Source: Hypanus sabinus
Lineage: Eukaryota
Direction of reading: 5' to 3'
NCBI RefSeq assembly: GCF_030144855.1
Contig: NC_082709.1
Location: 44,082,001-44,146,000 of the forward strand
Length of the DNA stretch: 64,000 bases
Shown: one piece after another, positions 1-13,685 of the stretch
Layout: the number at the start of each line of letters is the position of its first letter
How positions within the stretch are numbered: the stretch's first letter is position 1
Made by a program: the position numbers and the translations under genes
Notes under the pieces: model-generated
Told to the model about the DNA's origin: nothing
Database searches by the model: none
The model's input: only the letters and a program-made list of their open reading frames with translations

Positions 1-149
1 ACTAAGAGAATTCAGAACAGGTTTCTCTCACTGGGGGCTTTAAGCATTGGAAATGCCAGAAACGGCCAGCACTGAAAATAAAATGATTTCATTACTTCAA
101 CAAAAACAGAGAGTTTGAAGTTACTGATAATCATCTTGAGTGTTGGACC

Positions 150-575
150 TTTAATCCCCGCTGGATACCCAGCTCTCACTGTGGCTCTGAGTAGCTGTTT
201 GCATGCAGCAGCGGCCACACCCCAGTATGCCGCTTCAACAAGTGGGCTAAACTAGGTGAGGGTAGCTGGCGGCTCTTGTACCCCAATGACATAGTAGGAA
301 TATGCCTGTCCAAGCATGCGAAGTCAGCTCTGCCAGTCTGGGCATATTAGAACTACAGTGAGATCCAACGGACAGGAAGGCAGCTCAGCAACACTACATG
401 GAGAGCAAAGGGCATGCCAAGACACAGCGTCAGGATCACTGACTGCAAACAGTCATGATGTCTACTTGTACCACTGGACCCAGATTTCTGAGGTCAATAG
501 TGTGTCTGCCCCACTGCAATGGCTTTTCCAGTTTAAAGACTCTCTTACACAGATGTCCGGTCATTGCTGGATATG
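150..575 (-). repeat. Interspersed repeat, possibly an RTE-type LINE 5'UTR derivative
   Basis: 265-550 resembles 32915-33215 (shared TGCCTGTCC..GCATGC.AAGTCAGCTC and TACCACTGGACCCAGA blocks). Family assignment is from recall only. Confidence 0.4.
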
Positions 576-1121
576 ACAGACCAGTAGTACTGGTAATGTT
601 CTATTTTGTTCTGCATTTCACTTAAATACATAATTTGTGGGTCAGTTAAATGATAGTTTATGTCTTTTTTAAAAATTTCTGTGAAACTTCATCTAATTGG
701 TGCAGCTGCTTAAATGGGTGAGCCAAAATGTACTGGTCCTGATGTCCCCCAATTAACCAGAATTAACTTTATTCCCCACGTCCCATCCATTCCTCTGTAT
801 TGTAAACTTGTCTTCCCATTTCCCAATTTCAAAGGATACTTCTGTTTATTTGTACATACCTGCTGCCCTATTAGCATTATCTGCTTTTATTTCACATTTC
901 CAGCATTTGTAATGCTTTGATTTGCGTAAGTGGGAGGTGCAGTATCATTACTCCCAAAACTAAACACATTAAACGTTACACATATTTTTGATGTGTTCGA
1001 GGCTCATTTGCTTGTATTATAGATATAATTTTATCTATATTGAAGGTTACAGTACCCTGGCTGGAGAAAAGTTAGAATGTTATAAGGCATTTAACAATCA
1101 AATTTAAAATAATCTAAACTA

Positions 1122-1980
<859 letters not shown>

Positions 1981-2337
1981 CTTATCAAAATACATTATTC
2001 GAAATTTTCTTAGGACCCCCCCCCCCCCCCCCCCTGCAGGCACCCATTTTTCATACTGCATGCAAATAGCTCCTTTGGCTGATGTCCCTGTTAACCATCA
2101 AGCATCCTACACGAATCACTTTATCCTTTCCACATTTCCACCCATTCTGCACCTCCCTTTCCCCTTGTGGTCGAATTTACAAAGATGGACAGACCTGGGG
2201 ACGTCACGTGATGACGTAGGATCGAGATGCTGGAACCCAGCCCTCCCGTAAAAAAGTTAATAAATTAATGTTTAAGTGAAGAAAAGTTAATTAATACTTT
2301 AAGGTTACTTATAAATTACTTTAGATTGTTTTAAGCT

Positions 2338-3450
2338 ATGCCTCATAAACAGAGGACGAAGAAAACTGCTACCGCGAAGACCGCTCAAGTTGGAACAGAA
2401 TCAAGGCCTACTTCTACTGAAGAACCGCGGACTCAGGTACAACACACCACCGGTGAAACAGAAAAGGAGACCGCGGCAGCATCGGCCATTTCTAAAGGAA
2501 AAGATCAATGAGAACTGCGCAAGCGTAAAGGAACGAGCATGCGCAAAAGAGAGCAACCAGAACTACAAAACCCAGCAACGACTGAAACCGACAGTGAAAG
2601 TGAGTCTGAGAGAGAGCCGGACTCTCTGGAAAAATCAGACGAAGATGGAGATGAAGAAGATGAAAGTTCCTCTGAAAATACAAAAAAGGCTTTGAGGCTA
2701 ATAATGCATAAATTAGAAAAATTAGAAAAAGTAATTAAAAGTAACCAAAAAGTAATTAAAGAAAAAATAACAAATATGGAGGCTATGTTTGATAAAATGA
2801 CAAAGAAACAGGAAAAAATGGAAAAGAAAATTACAGACTTGGACGTCAAATTGGAAGAAATGGATGGAAGAATGAAGAGGATGGAAGATGATAATGATGC
2901 CTGGACATCAGAAAGAAAACAACTCGTGGGAAAAATTGATAAGCTTGAAAATTTTAGTAGACGCAACAATATTAAAATTGTTGGACTTAAAGAAGGTACT
3001 GAAGGAGAAGACCCAATAAATTTTTTTCAAAAATGGATTCCTGAAAAATTGGAAATGGGAGAAGAAACTTTAATTGAGATTGAAAGGGTGCACAGAGCCT
3101 TAAGACCAAGATCTCAAGATAATCAAAATCCGCGATCAATTTTGATAAGATGTTTAAGATACCAGGATAAAGAAAAGATTTTGAGGGCGGCTGCCCAGGG
3201 TGCTAAAAGAAGAAAAGGTCCGTTGATGATAGCAGAGAAACCAGTTCTTTTTTATCCTGATCTAAGTTATAACCTTTTGAAGAGAAAGAAAGAATTTAAT
3301 CCAGTTAAAAATGTTTTATGGGAAAAAGGTTATAAGTTTTTAATGCGTCACCCAGCAACACTGATAATTTTTTTGGAGGAAGGAAAAAGATTTTTTCCTG
3401 ATTATCAAGATGCGGAGGTGTTCGCACAAAGACTTCCATCTCTTCGTTAA
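2338..3450 (+). pseudogene. L1 ORF1p (coiled coil, RRM, CTD)
   Basis: LENFSRRNNIKIVGLKEG, IERVHRAL and FYPDLS motifs. ATG at 2338 is in frame with ORF 2539-3450 but interrupted by TGA at 2509-2511 (probable CGA>TGA). Confidence 0.9.
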
Positions 3451-3913
3451 TTAAGCGTAGAGACTTCTAAATGTAATGGTTAAAGACGAAGACAGAGAAA
3501 GCAAATGGAACTGATGGACATTTAAGGATGATATAAGGGAGAAAAGTAAAATTTTAGAAATATTAATTGAGAATAGTATGTTTTTTTTATATATATATAT
3601 ATACTTTTTATGTTGCGGGGGGGGCTGGGGAGCTTTGAATCGGTTACTACGGGATTCACGTGTGTAATCATGGCGATTGCCATGACCCGTACAATAGAGG
3701 GGGGTAATGTTGTGTTTTTTTTCTTTCACAACATTAGTAGGGGGGTATTTTGTTTTTTTTTTCTTTATTTTCTATTTTTCTTCTATTCTTTTGCCTGGAT
3801 GATTGGTGGGGACACACATAGCAACATGGAAACTTCTAAAAAGATTTCCCAGGATACAATGAAAGTTGAAAGATTAGGTATTATTATAGATTGGAGTAAC
3901 ATAAATAAAAATA

Positions 3914-6900
3914 ATGACTAATTTATTGAATTTTTTAAGTTTTAATGTTAATGGGCTTAATGGACCAATAAAAAGAAAAAGAATTTTAACATATATTAAA
4001 AAAATGAAAATAGATATAGCTTTCTTACAAGAAACTCATTTAACGGATATAGAACATCAGAAATTAAAAAGAGACTGGGTTGGAAATGTTATTGCAGCTT
4101 CATTTAACTCAAAGGCAAGAGGAGTTGCAATTTTGGTTAATAAAAATTTACCAATTAAAATACAAAATGTATTAATTGATTCGGCAGGAAGACATTTAAT
4201 TATACATTGTCAAATTTTTTCAGAACTATGGACTCTTATGAATATTTATGCACCAAATGAAAATGATGTAAAATTTATACAGGAGGTCTTTTTGAATTTG
4301 GCTAATGCACATGATAAAATATTAATAGGTGGAGATTTTAATTTTTGTTTAGATCCAGTTTTAGATAGATCAACAAAGGCTATTACAAAATCAAAAGTAG
4401 CAAAATTAACTCTATCATTGATGAAAGATTTAAATTTGATTGATATATGGAGAAGAATCAATCCAAAAGAAAGGGATTATTCATTTTATTCAAATAGACA
4501 TAAAACATACTCAAGGATAGATTTTTTCCTATTATCAACAAATACTCAAGATAGAGTGAAAAATGTGGAATATAAAGCAAGAATATTGTCTGATCACTCT
4601 CCTTTAATAATGACAATGATAATGATAGATAAAGAGGAATCAATTTATAGATGGAGATTTAATTCAATTTTACTAAAACGTCAAGATTTCTGTGATTTTA
4701 TGAAAAAGCAGATTCAGTTCTTTTTAGACACAAATTTACATTCAGTTGATGATAAATTTATATTGTGGGAAGCAATGAAAGCATATTTGAAAGGCCAGAT
4801 AATAAGTTATACTTCTAAAATTAAGAAGGAATATATGATAGAAATAGATCAATTGGAAAAAGATTATAAAATTAGAAAAAGAATCTCAAAGAAATATGAC
4901 AGAAGAAAAACGAAGACAACTTATTAATAAGTTAAAATATAATACACTCCAGACATATCGAACAGAAAAAGCAATTATGAGAACTAAACAGAGATATTAT
5001 GAACTAGGTGAAAGATCACATAAAGTTCTTGCATGGCAGTTAAAAACAGATCAGATTTCTAAAACAATAAATGCAATTCGAACAAAAGTGAATGAAATTA
5101 CTTATAAGCCTCTAGAAATTAATGAGGCTTTTAAGAATTTTTATTCTGAGTTGTATAAATCAGAATCAAAGAATGATGATGTTAAGATAGAAGAATTTTT
5201 ATCACAAATAACTCTTCCAAAATTAAATATAGAAGAACAGAGGGGATTAGGTATGCCTTTTACATTGAAGGAAGTTGAAGAAGCTTTGGGATCACTTCAA
5301 AGTAATAAATCTCCAGGAGAAGATGGTTTTCCACCTGAATTTTATAAAAAGTTTAAAGATTTATTAATTCCTCCTTTTATGGAGTTAATATATCAAGCGG
5401 AAAGAACGCATAAACTTCCAGAATCTTTTTCAACAGCTATTTTAATAGTATTGCCAAAAAAAGATAGAGACCTTTTAAAACCAACATCATATAGACCTAT
5501 TTCTTTATTAAACACCGATTATAAAATAATAGCAAAAATCTTATCTAATAGATTATCTAAATGTTTACCAAAATTAGTGCATATGGATCAAACAGGATTT
5601 ATCAAAAATAGACAATCGGCAGATAATGTAACTCGGTTATTTAGTATAATCCACTTAGCACAAAAGAGGGAGGAAATGAGTGTGGCAGTTGCTTTAGATG
5701 CAGAAAAAGCATTTGATAGATTGGAATGGGATTTTTTATTTAAGGTACTGGAAAAATATGGATTAGGAACATCATTTATAAAATGGATTAAAACCTTAAA
5801 TACTAATCCCAAAGCTAAAGTAGTGACAAATGGTCAAATTTCAACATCATTTCAGTTAACAAGATCAACTAGGCAAGGTTGCCCACTATCACCTGCTTTA
5901 TTTGTGTTGGCAATAGAACCACTAGCTGAATTAATTAGAATGGACCCAGATATTAAGGGTTTCAGAGTTAATCAGGAAGAATACAAGATTAACTTATTTG
6001 CTGTTGATGTTCTACTTTAACAGATCCATTACATTCACTACGCAAATTATCTTATAGACTAGAAGAATATGGGAAAATATCGGGTTATAAAATAAACTGG
6101 GATAAAAGTGAAATTTTACCTCTTACTAAAGGAAATTATAATCAATGTCGATTAATAACTCAATTTAGATGGCCAGCAAATGGTATAAAATATTTAGGTA
6201 TAAGAGTTGATAATGATATAAAAAACTTATACAAATTAAATTATTTACCACTTTTGAAAAAAATTCAGGAAGATCTTGAAAAATGGATGGCATTACCAAT
6301 AACATTAGTAGGTAGAGTAAATACTATAAAAATGAATATATTCCCTAGATTACAATATTTATTTCAATCATTACCAATACAATTACCCCAGAAGTTTTTT
6401 CAAGAGTTAAACAAATATGTGAGGAAATTCCTCTGGAAAGGTAAGATGTCAAGAATATCGTTGGAAAAATTGACATAGAAATTTGATTTAGGAGGATTAC
6501 AACTTCCAAATTTTAAGAATTATTATAAAGCAAATCAACTTAGATTTATTGCATCTTTTTTCGAGAAAGATAAACCGGCATGGATTAGAATAGAATTAGA
6601 TAAAATAGGTGAAAACGTACCAGAAGATTTTATATACAAATGGGAATCTAAATGGATACAGGAAAAGAAAGAATCTCCTATATTAAAACATTTGATTGAT
6701 TTATGGAATAAGATAAATGTTGATGATGAGATAAAAAAATCTTTATTAGCAAACAGATCTTTAATTCAAAATAGACTTATTCCTTTCACAATGGACAATC
6801 AACTTTTATATAATTGGATTCAAAATGGGATTAGATATATAGGGAATTGTTTTGAAGGAGGTATATTAATGTCATTTGATCAATTAAAGAATAAATATAA

Positions 6901-7683
6901 AATATCAAATAACACTTTATTTTGTTACTTTCAATTAAGGGCTTATTTAAGAGAAAAATTAAGTCAAACAATGTTATTGCCGAAATCTAATGAAATAGAA
7001 ATTTTAATTCAAAAAGGAAATATTAAAAAATTTATATCTTGTATGTATAATTTGATTCAAAGACAGGCAATTAAACAAGGAGTCCATAAGTCAAGACAAA
7101 AATGGGAACGTGATTTGAATATTAAAATTGAAGAAACAAATTGGTCAAGACTATGTCTTGATAGTATGACAAATACAATAAATGTTCGGTTAAGATTAGT
7201 GCAGTATAATTTTCTACATCAATTATATATTACACCACAAAAAATAAAAAAATTAAATCCAAATTTAATCGGATCAGTGTTTCCGATGTAACCAGGAAAC
7301 TGGTACTTTTTTACATTCGACATGGTCTTGCTCTAAAATTCAACCTTTTTGGACAAATTTAAGACTTTTACTGGAACAAATTACAGGAACACAATTTCCT
7401 CATAATCCAATATTACTTTTACTAGGTGATACTGAAGGGATAAAACCGAAACTCAAACTAAATAAGTATCAGAAAGAATTTATAAAAATTGCACTGGCAG
7501 TAGCCAAAAAAGCTATTGCAGTTACTTGGAAATCGGATACATATTTAAGTATAGACTCTTGGAAGAAAGAAATCTATGGCTGTATTCCATTAGAAAAAAT
7601 TACTTATAATTTAAGAGATAAATATGAAACATTTCTGAAAATTTGGAGCCCTTATTTACAAAAGATAGGATTAAATATATAGA
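3914..7683 (+). pseudogene. L1 ORF2p (endonuclease/reverse transcriptase), disrupted
   Basis: SFNVNGLN, FLQETH, GGDFN, SRIDFF, SDHSP (APE); KSPGEDGF, YRPISLLN, RQGCPLSP (RT); CFRC..TFLHSTWSC near 7277-7331. Frameshifts near 4865, 6018 and 7265, a stop at 6476, and the catalytic motif reads FAVD instead of FADD. Confidence 0.93.
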
Positions 7684-9756
7684 TGCTCTGAAGATGAAAC
7701 AAGTGGTTATTAGGGGAAAGAAATAAATATACATATTAAAGTTATTACGAATTCCATGGAGCATGTGGAGATCTTCCAACAACCAGGCATTCTTTCTTTC
7801 TTTTTTTTTCTATAGGGCAGTCAGGGGGGAGGGGTTAAGGGGAGGGGGTAAGGGTTATATACATTGTTTTTTCATACTTCACTTTGTAACCACTTAAAAA
7901 TGCAATAAAAAAAGTTTAAAAAAAAGATGGGCAGACCTGCCAGCCCTGCGGATTTTTGGGATGTGGAAGCATGCAGAGTCCACGGGCAGTACGGGAGGCG
8001 ATGGAGGTATGGCAGGTCCCCGGAACTGCAAGGCAGCTCCTCTACTAGGTACTTCACTCTGCCACGGTACTGTGTGACAACATGGTTCCAGATCCTTCCA
8101 CAACTCTTCCGGCATCTCGCAAAATGCTCAATAGTATACAAGCTGATCTCAAAACAGAACTCTCAATAAACAAGCCAAGTGCTTGGATAGCCAACACCAG
8201 GAACAACAAAAAATTGTGGACATTTACTCTGGAAGGGTGACCTTTATAGTACATTAACTATGACGTAAAGAGTAGTTTCACTGAAAACTGTTTGGTGTTC
8301 CTTGCCTAATTTTCTACCAGAAAGGACATGAAAATGCATCAGAAAGAGAAAAAGCAGACCACTCACTTTTTTAGCCTATCCCCTGAAGAATCATGGCTGA
8401 TCCTTTATCTCAATAACATATTCTGCCCTTTCCCCATTTCCTTCAATCTGCCTGGAAGCCTATCACCTTAAATATATTCAGACGCTTGGTCTTCTCTGGT
8501 GGAGAATCCTACAAGTTCAACACCCTTCAGCTGAACAGTTTTCCCTTCAGGTCTATAACACCCTTTTTCTTGTGAGACCCAAGTAAGTATCAACCCAGAA
8601 AGGTGAGAGTCCATTTCCCTCCACTGAAACTGCCCAGCCTGCTGAGTTCCTCCACCTGCACTCTTCCTTCCACCTTTATTTTTCCTACTCAAGTGCACAT
8701 TATCCAAGTCATATTGCGCCTGCTTCATATTTTGTTCAAAGCAAGTGGCCTCAAAGCTTCTCTGCAGCTTTCACAGAACTTAAGCCAACACTTATGCAGT
8801 AAGTAAAAATTCAAAATGCAATTGGTTCCCTCATCCAAATCAATGAATAGATGAGGCACAAGCACGAATCTTCATGGGAACTGTAGTTACCACTGTCAAC
8901 CCTGAAAAGACCCACTTCTTTTCCATTTGTTGATCAGTTTTTAATCCATGCCAGTGGATATCTGCAATCTCACATGCACAAAGCTTTTACATAGAGGCTT
9001 ATCAACGGACTTCAGTGAATCCAATGCGCCACCCCCGCTTCCTTATCAGCACTAACACTCAAAAACCTTCAGCAGCTTTGCCGAACAATCTCTTTTATGG
9101 ATTCATGCTCACTTTGATCCCAGTGGCCAAACCAAAGCCCCTCCACCCACCCGGTGTCCAGTTATCCTTTGTAAAAGATTCCACCATGCTCCCTTGCGCC
9201 ATCTATGGAGGGAAATGAACAGGTGCTCAAGATTTCCAGCATCTGCTCTCTCCTGTCTCCAGTGATTCCATCCAGTTCACTAGTCAATGAACAGCACAAA
9301 AACAGGTTCTTCCACTCACTGAGCCTGCAACAATAGTGTTATGCAACATGGGTTGGTGCTCAGACCTACGCTGTAGGTTAATTACATATAATGCAAACAC
9401 ACAAGGCATGGCGAGTAAGTTCCCATATAATAGCAACACAGATGATTATCAGTCAAGTCAGTTGTCAAATTTTACTTGATCAGCTAGCTAAGTGGGCTGA
9501 AAATTGGTAAATTTTGTCAATTCATAAAATAATGAGGTGTTGCATTTTGGTAAATCAAACCAGGGTCGGGCTTATGCAGTGAAGAGTAGGGCTCTGGTGA
9601 GTGTTGTGCACAGGGACCTGGGAGTACAAATATAGTGGCACCATGGGTAGACAGGGTGAAGGTGGTATTCAGTAATCTGAAGAAGGCCAGCATGCTGAGT
9701 AAGAGTTGGGTCATCATGATGCTGCTGTACAAAATGTTGGGGCTGTATTTGGAGTA

Positions 9757-9901
9757 CAGGTGTCCCCGCTTTACAAATGTTCGCTTTACGCCACCCACTT
9801 CTAGTAACCTGTTTTCGCATTACAGAGAGGATTTTCGCTTTTACAAAAATTTCCCCCATATAAATGCTCAACTTTTGTGGGGGGGGGGGGGGAGACACCT
9901 G
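9757..9901. mobile_element. Tigger/pogo-type MITE
   Basis: TA|CAGGTGTCCCC ... GGAGACACCTG|TA: terminal inverted repeats with a TA duplication. Confidence 0.8.
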
Positions 9902-9997
9902 TATTTTCTGTTCTACGTCAGTCACTTCATTAGACGAAAGACATTATTAAACGGAAAAAGGGTGCAAAGAAATATGAGAACATTGGTAGGTCTAGGG

Positions 9998-10044
9998 CAG
10001 GGGTCGGCAACCTTTACCACTGAACCGCAGGTTGCCGACCCCTG
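9998..10044. mobile_element. 47-bp hAT (Charlie/Buster-type) MITE
   Basis: Perfect 16-bp TIRs CAGGGGTCGGCAACCT / AGGTTGCCGACCCCTG; perfect 8-bp TSD gtctaggg (9990-9997, 10045-10052). Confidence 0.9.
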
Positions 10045-12581
10045 GTCTAGGGGTCTGACTCACAGGCAGAGGAGCAATTTGTTCCTTGAGATGTACAAGA
10101 CTGTGGGGATGCTCCCAACCTGGAGTCCATGGTTTAAAAAAGATACCCGTTACAGAATTATATAAAATCATAAGGGACATCGACAGGGTGAATGCCCAGC
10201 CATTTTCCCTGGGAAAGGGAAGCAAAAACTAGAGGGCAAGACAAAAGGGAAAGAGATCATGAAAGGGGACTCGAGGAGCAACGTCTTCAGTGGTGAGGGT
10301 GGTGTTTATGGAACGAGCTACCTGAGGATGTAGCTGAAGCGGGGCCCAATAACATTTTAAGGACATTTGGACAAATACATAGACAGGAAAAGATTAGAGG
10401 GCAAATGGGACTTGTTCAGTGGGCATCTTTGTAGTCTTGGATCAGTTGGGCCAAAGGGTCTCTATGACCCCATTCAACCCATCACTGTGTCACCCACTTA
10501 GGAAATTTACATCCTCTCCCGAGTGCTCCGGAGGTACGGAAGTTCCCACAGTACCTTCAAATTTGTAACTGGTCTGTGCAGCCCAATGAAATTTGTACTG
10601 CAGACATTTTTCTCCAGGGAGAGAAGTATAACAAATGGCAAAAAAAAATCAAGCTGTTAGCAGGCGAAGACAGAATAATATTTATGCCAAATATTTAGCC
10701 AAGGGACCTTGAACAGCAGAGTTTGAAGTAGTTTAGAATGGTTATCAGAAAAATTCCTGATTCAAGGACTGGAATGTGGTTGGTTTAACCATCAAGTTAA
10801 AACAGATTTCTGCTCATAACCAAGGTCTCTTTCAACAATTCAGCTAATATAGAACATTACAGCACTGTAGAGGCCCTTCAGCCTACAATGTTGTGTTGGC
10901 TTTTTAACCTACTCTTAAAATCAATTTAAACCTTCCCCTCCACATAACCCTCCAATTTTCTATCATTCAAGTGCCAATCTCAAATCTGCCTGCCTCTACC
11001 ACCATCATCCCTGGAAGTGCTCCAGAAACCCACCACTCCGTAAAACGACTTTGACGTTCCCAATCACCTTAAAATCATGCCCTCTCATATTAGCCATAGT
11101 ATTTTCTGGATTCCTTTCGGGAGGGGAAAAAACCTTACCTCTGATATTTCTTTGGAGAGGTGACATTTTTTCCTACGAAGGTCACAATGATGCATTATGG
11201 TCAGATTACATTCAAGAGCAAGCCACCTAGGCCATTTTTCTACAGTATAATTTTACTGCAAAATATGCTAGATAGGATGATTCAACTTTTTGATACTCCA
11301 CAAGAAACCCAAGGAGACTTTCACCCAACAGATCCCATCTAAAAAGGTGTAAACCTTGGTGATCTAGCAATCTGCAAACTACATGCTGATTGTATCTTAA
11401 TCTGACTGTACTTAATGACAACATAGTTAATGATAAAACAGCAAGTAAACAATGATTGGTCTGAATACTTAAACCAGGACGATTAATAAAGGTTTTAAAA
11501 CAGATCAGTGCCATTCAAACCCAAGCTTATGTAACAGTCTCCCTCCTCAAGCTAAGGAATTGGTGTCAAAGGGCAACAATCAATACTCAGGAGAAGCCCA
11601 ATGAGATTTAGGGTATTGGGAGATATGAATGGCTCCACATTATTAGTTATTCTATCACCAAGTCTGAGTTGTAGAGCACTGAACCACTTTGTCTTCTCTA
11701 CACATTTCTTATATGTAGCCACGATTTTATTCCAAGAGGTCTGGTAACAAATTTCCAGAGATCAATCACTGTGTTTAAAAAAAACTTTCCCTCTCAAGTT
11801 TAAATTTCTCTCACCTTAAAACCTATTCTTTCTGATACCCAACCATGATAAAAGGATTGACTGTCTTATCTATGCCTCTTATAATGTTATCAGGTTTGCA
11901 GCAAGAACAATGCTGGATTAGATTTTTTGTAAAGAATGGAATAATCAAGACTGTGTAATCCTTAACAATTATGAAAAACCCATTGATGTTGCCCATCAAC
12001 TGTTTGCACTCTCTCTTCATGAAGCAGCCCAGAGATTCTAAGGCTGCATGAGTTGAATGAAAAACCTGTGCGTCTGCAAAGAGCAGATTAGGTACTATAA
12101 TCCATTTCACTCCATGACTGTTCATTGGACTGCATTGGACATTTCAGCAGCTTGATTTAGAGACCTACAAGCACGATTTTTCATGCAAGTCAAACACTAC
12201 AGATTTAAAAACTGTTCACTACTGTACTTCAGAGCTCAGTTGTAACACAACTGAACATTGGACCCTCTGGCTAGCAGAGTCAGAACCAAGTTGTGAACGT
12301 GAGGACACGCTGATTTAATGGAACTGAAAGGGACAATGTTGCAAATTCAAAAAAAAAATCTCAATTCGATCAGGCCTTTCACCAAGTATACTGTACTCGC
12401 TCTGTTGTCTCATTAACAATTTACTTTAACACCAGGTCACATACCTGGTTCGCGAACAGGGAATTACAGCCCATTGTACAACGTAGCTTATTGCCAAAAT
12501 TGTAACATAGCTAACTCGTATTAAAACGTAGTAGTAAAATACTACCCCAACCCGCCAATGACGGGTCTAAATTCAAACCAC

Positions 12582-12755
12582 CTTTGGTCCCATAGTAACA
12601 GCTACGGCGTCAGCCAGAAGATCGACACCCTTCAGCATCATAGCCCGGGCTTCAGACCCGAACTTCACGTCCTTAGCGTAGGTTCGGCTGAGACCAGGTG
12701 CCAGGAGCCGAGACGCGGACCTCGCTTGGCGCAGAGCAGACGGTAAACGGAGCAT
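12582..12755 (-). CDS. HSPD1: HSP60 first coding exon (exon 2), including the mitochondrial presequence
   Basis: [58 protein letters not shown] (174 nt). Acceptor tag|ACGATG (exon starts 12758), donor AAG|gtggtt, phase 0 into exon 3. Confidence 0.98.
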
Positions 12756-13360
12756 CGTCTAGGGCGAGACAAGAACATAAGTTTTAAACCGCAAGCAGTT
12801 CATCAGATGCAGGGATTTGTCTCAGTCTGCAGGCACAGGCTTCCCACGTGTCGTGAAGAAACGCATGTCACAAGGTCAAATCAAAGAGGCGGAAAATTAA
12901 AGGAAACGCAAAGAGAACTCACAAAGATCCAACACAAAAGAACATTAGGATTTGTAAATACAGACGAAGGTTATATCTAAAACGCAACATTCCCGCCATA
13001 GCCCGTACTTTCTCCAATTCATTCACTGGTTCGTTTCACTCCACAGAGGTCGGCATTTTGCAAAATATTTATAAACACATAACTCTTTAACATACGTGTT
13101 TTACAACGATCATACTCACTGATTTGTGTTTTTTTTCCCCACAACTGAGACTAATCGGCCTGCAACTAGAGTGTTGAGCCGCCACACACCCACTGCACAA
13201 ACCCGGGTCTGAGACTCGGCGACTCTCCCTACGTGAACACGTGAGTCCACAGCCGGGCGACCCGCTGCCGCCCCGTACTCTGCATAGACTAATAATCACC
13301 ATCCTCTGCAACCCACCGCTACCAAATAATCCGCTATTTCTCTTACAAACTGCAGCTTAC

Positions 13361-13450
13361 CTACCGGGATTAAAGTATTTCTGAATTTCAGCTGCACAAC
13401 ACCTGAACAAACCTACGCTGGGGACTAGAAGCGGAACTAAGTCGCATTCA
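13361..13450 (-). other. HSPD1: Probable non-coding exon 1 of HSPD1
   Basis: Strong donor TAG|gtaagc at 13361/13360 just downstream of an HSE. The 5' boundary is approximate. Confidence 0.65.
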
Positions 13451-13471
13451 TATTCGGTTTCAGGGCTCCGA

Positions 13472-13491
13472 TTTCCAGAATCTTCCAGACG
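13472..13491. promoter_or_regulatory. Heat shock element (HSPD1-proximal)
   Basis: TTCcaGAAtcTTCcaGAc: three perfect alternating nGAAn units plus one imperfect unit. Confidence 0.88.
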
Positions 13492-13670
13492 CATAGCGTA
13501 GGCAAGGTCAAAGTGCAGTTATTTAAGCGAAACTGGAGTTATGCAATAATTTTATTTGCAATTATTCCCCAAAAAATAAATTCTAAATTGCATATGTTTA
13601 CATAGAGGCGTGGGTTGCGGTTATGTGAATTTTAATTTTTTTTTGTGAATGAAAAGCTGGGAAGCCCGAG

Positions 13671-13685
13671 GTTCTAGAAGTTGCG
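13671..13685. promoter_or_regulatory. Second, weaker heat shock element (HSPE1-proximal)
   Basis: gTTCtaGAAgtTgC: two perfect units plus one imperfect unit. Confidence 0.55.

Larger units (their letters stand above)
2198..7922 (+). mobile_element. Full-length L1-clade LINE in HSPD1 intron 2 (antisense to HSPD1), inactivated
   Basis: 5'UTR, ORF1, ORF2 (APE, RT, CCHC), AATAAA and A-tail. 17-bp TSD aaagatggacagacctg (2181-2197) / aaagatgggcagacctg (7923-7939), one mismatch. Confidence 0.95.
9470..10470 (+). mobile_element. Degenerate CR1 LINE 3' fragment carrying two MITE insertions
   Basis: Remnants of W..KW..F / EVLHFGKSNQ / RDLGVQ / YKIIRDIDRV. Confidence 0.7.

Noticed and set aside
2505-2969. 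Antisense 154-aa ORF in L1 (ORF0-like)
   Set aside because: Low-complexity mirror of the Lys/Glu-rich ORF1 coiled coil; no independent support.
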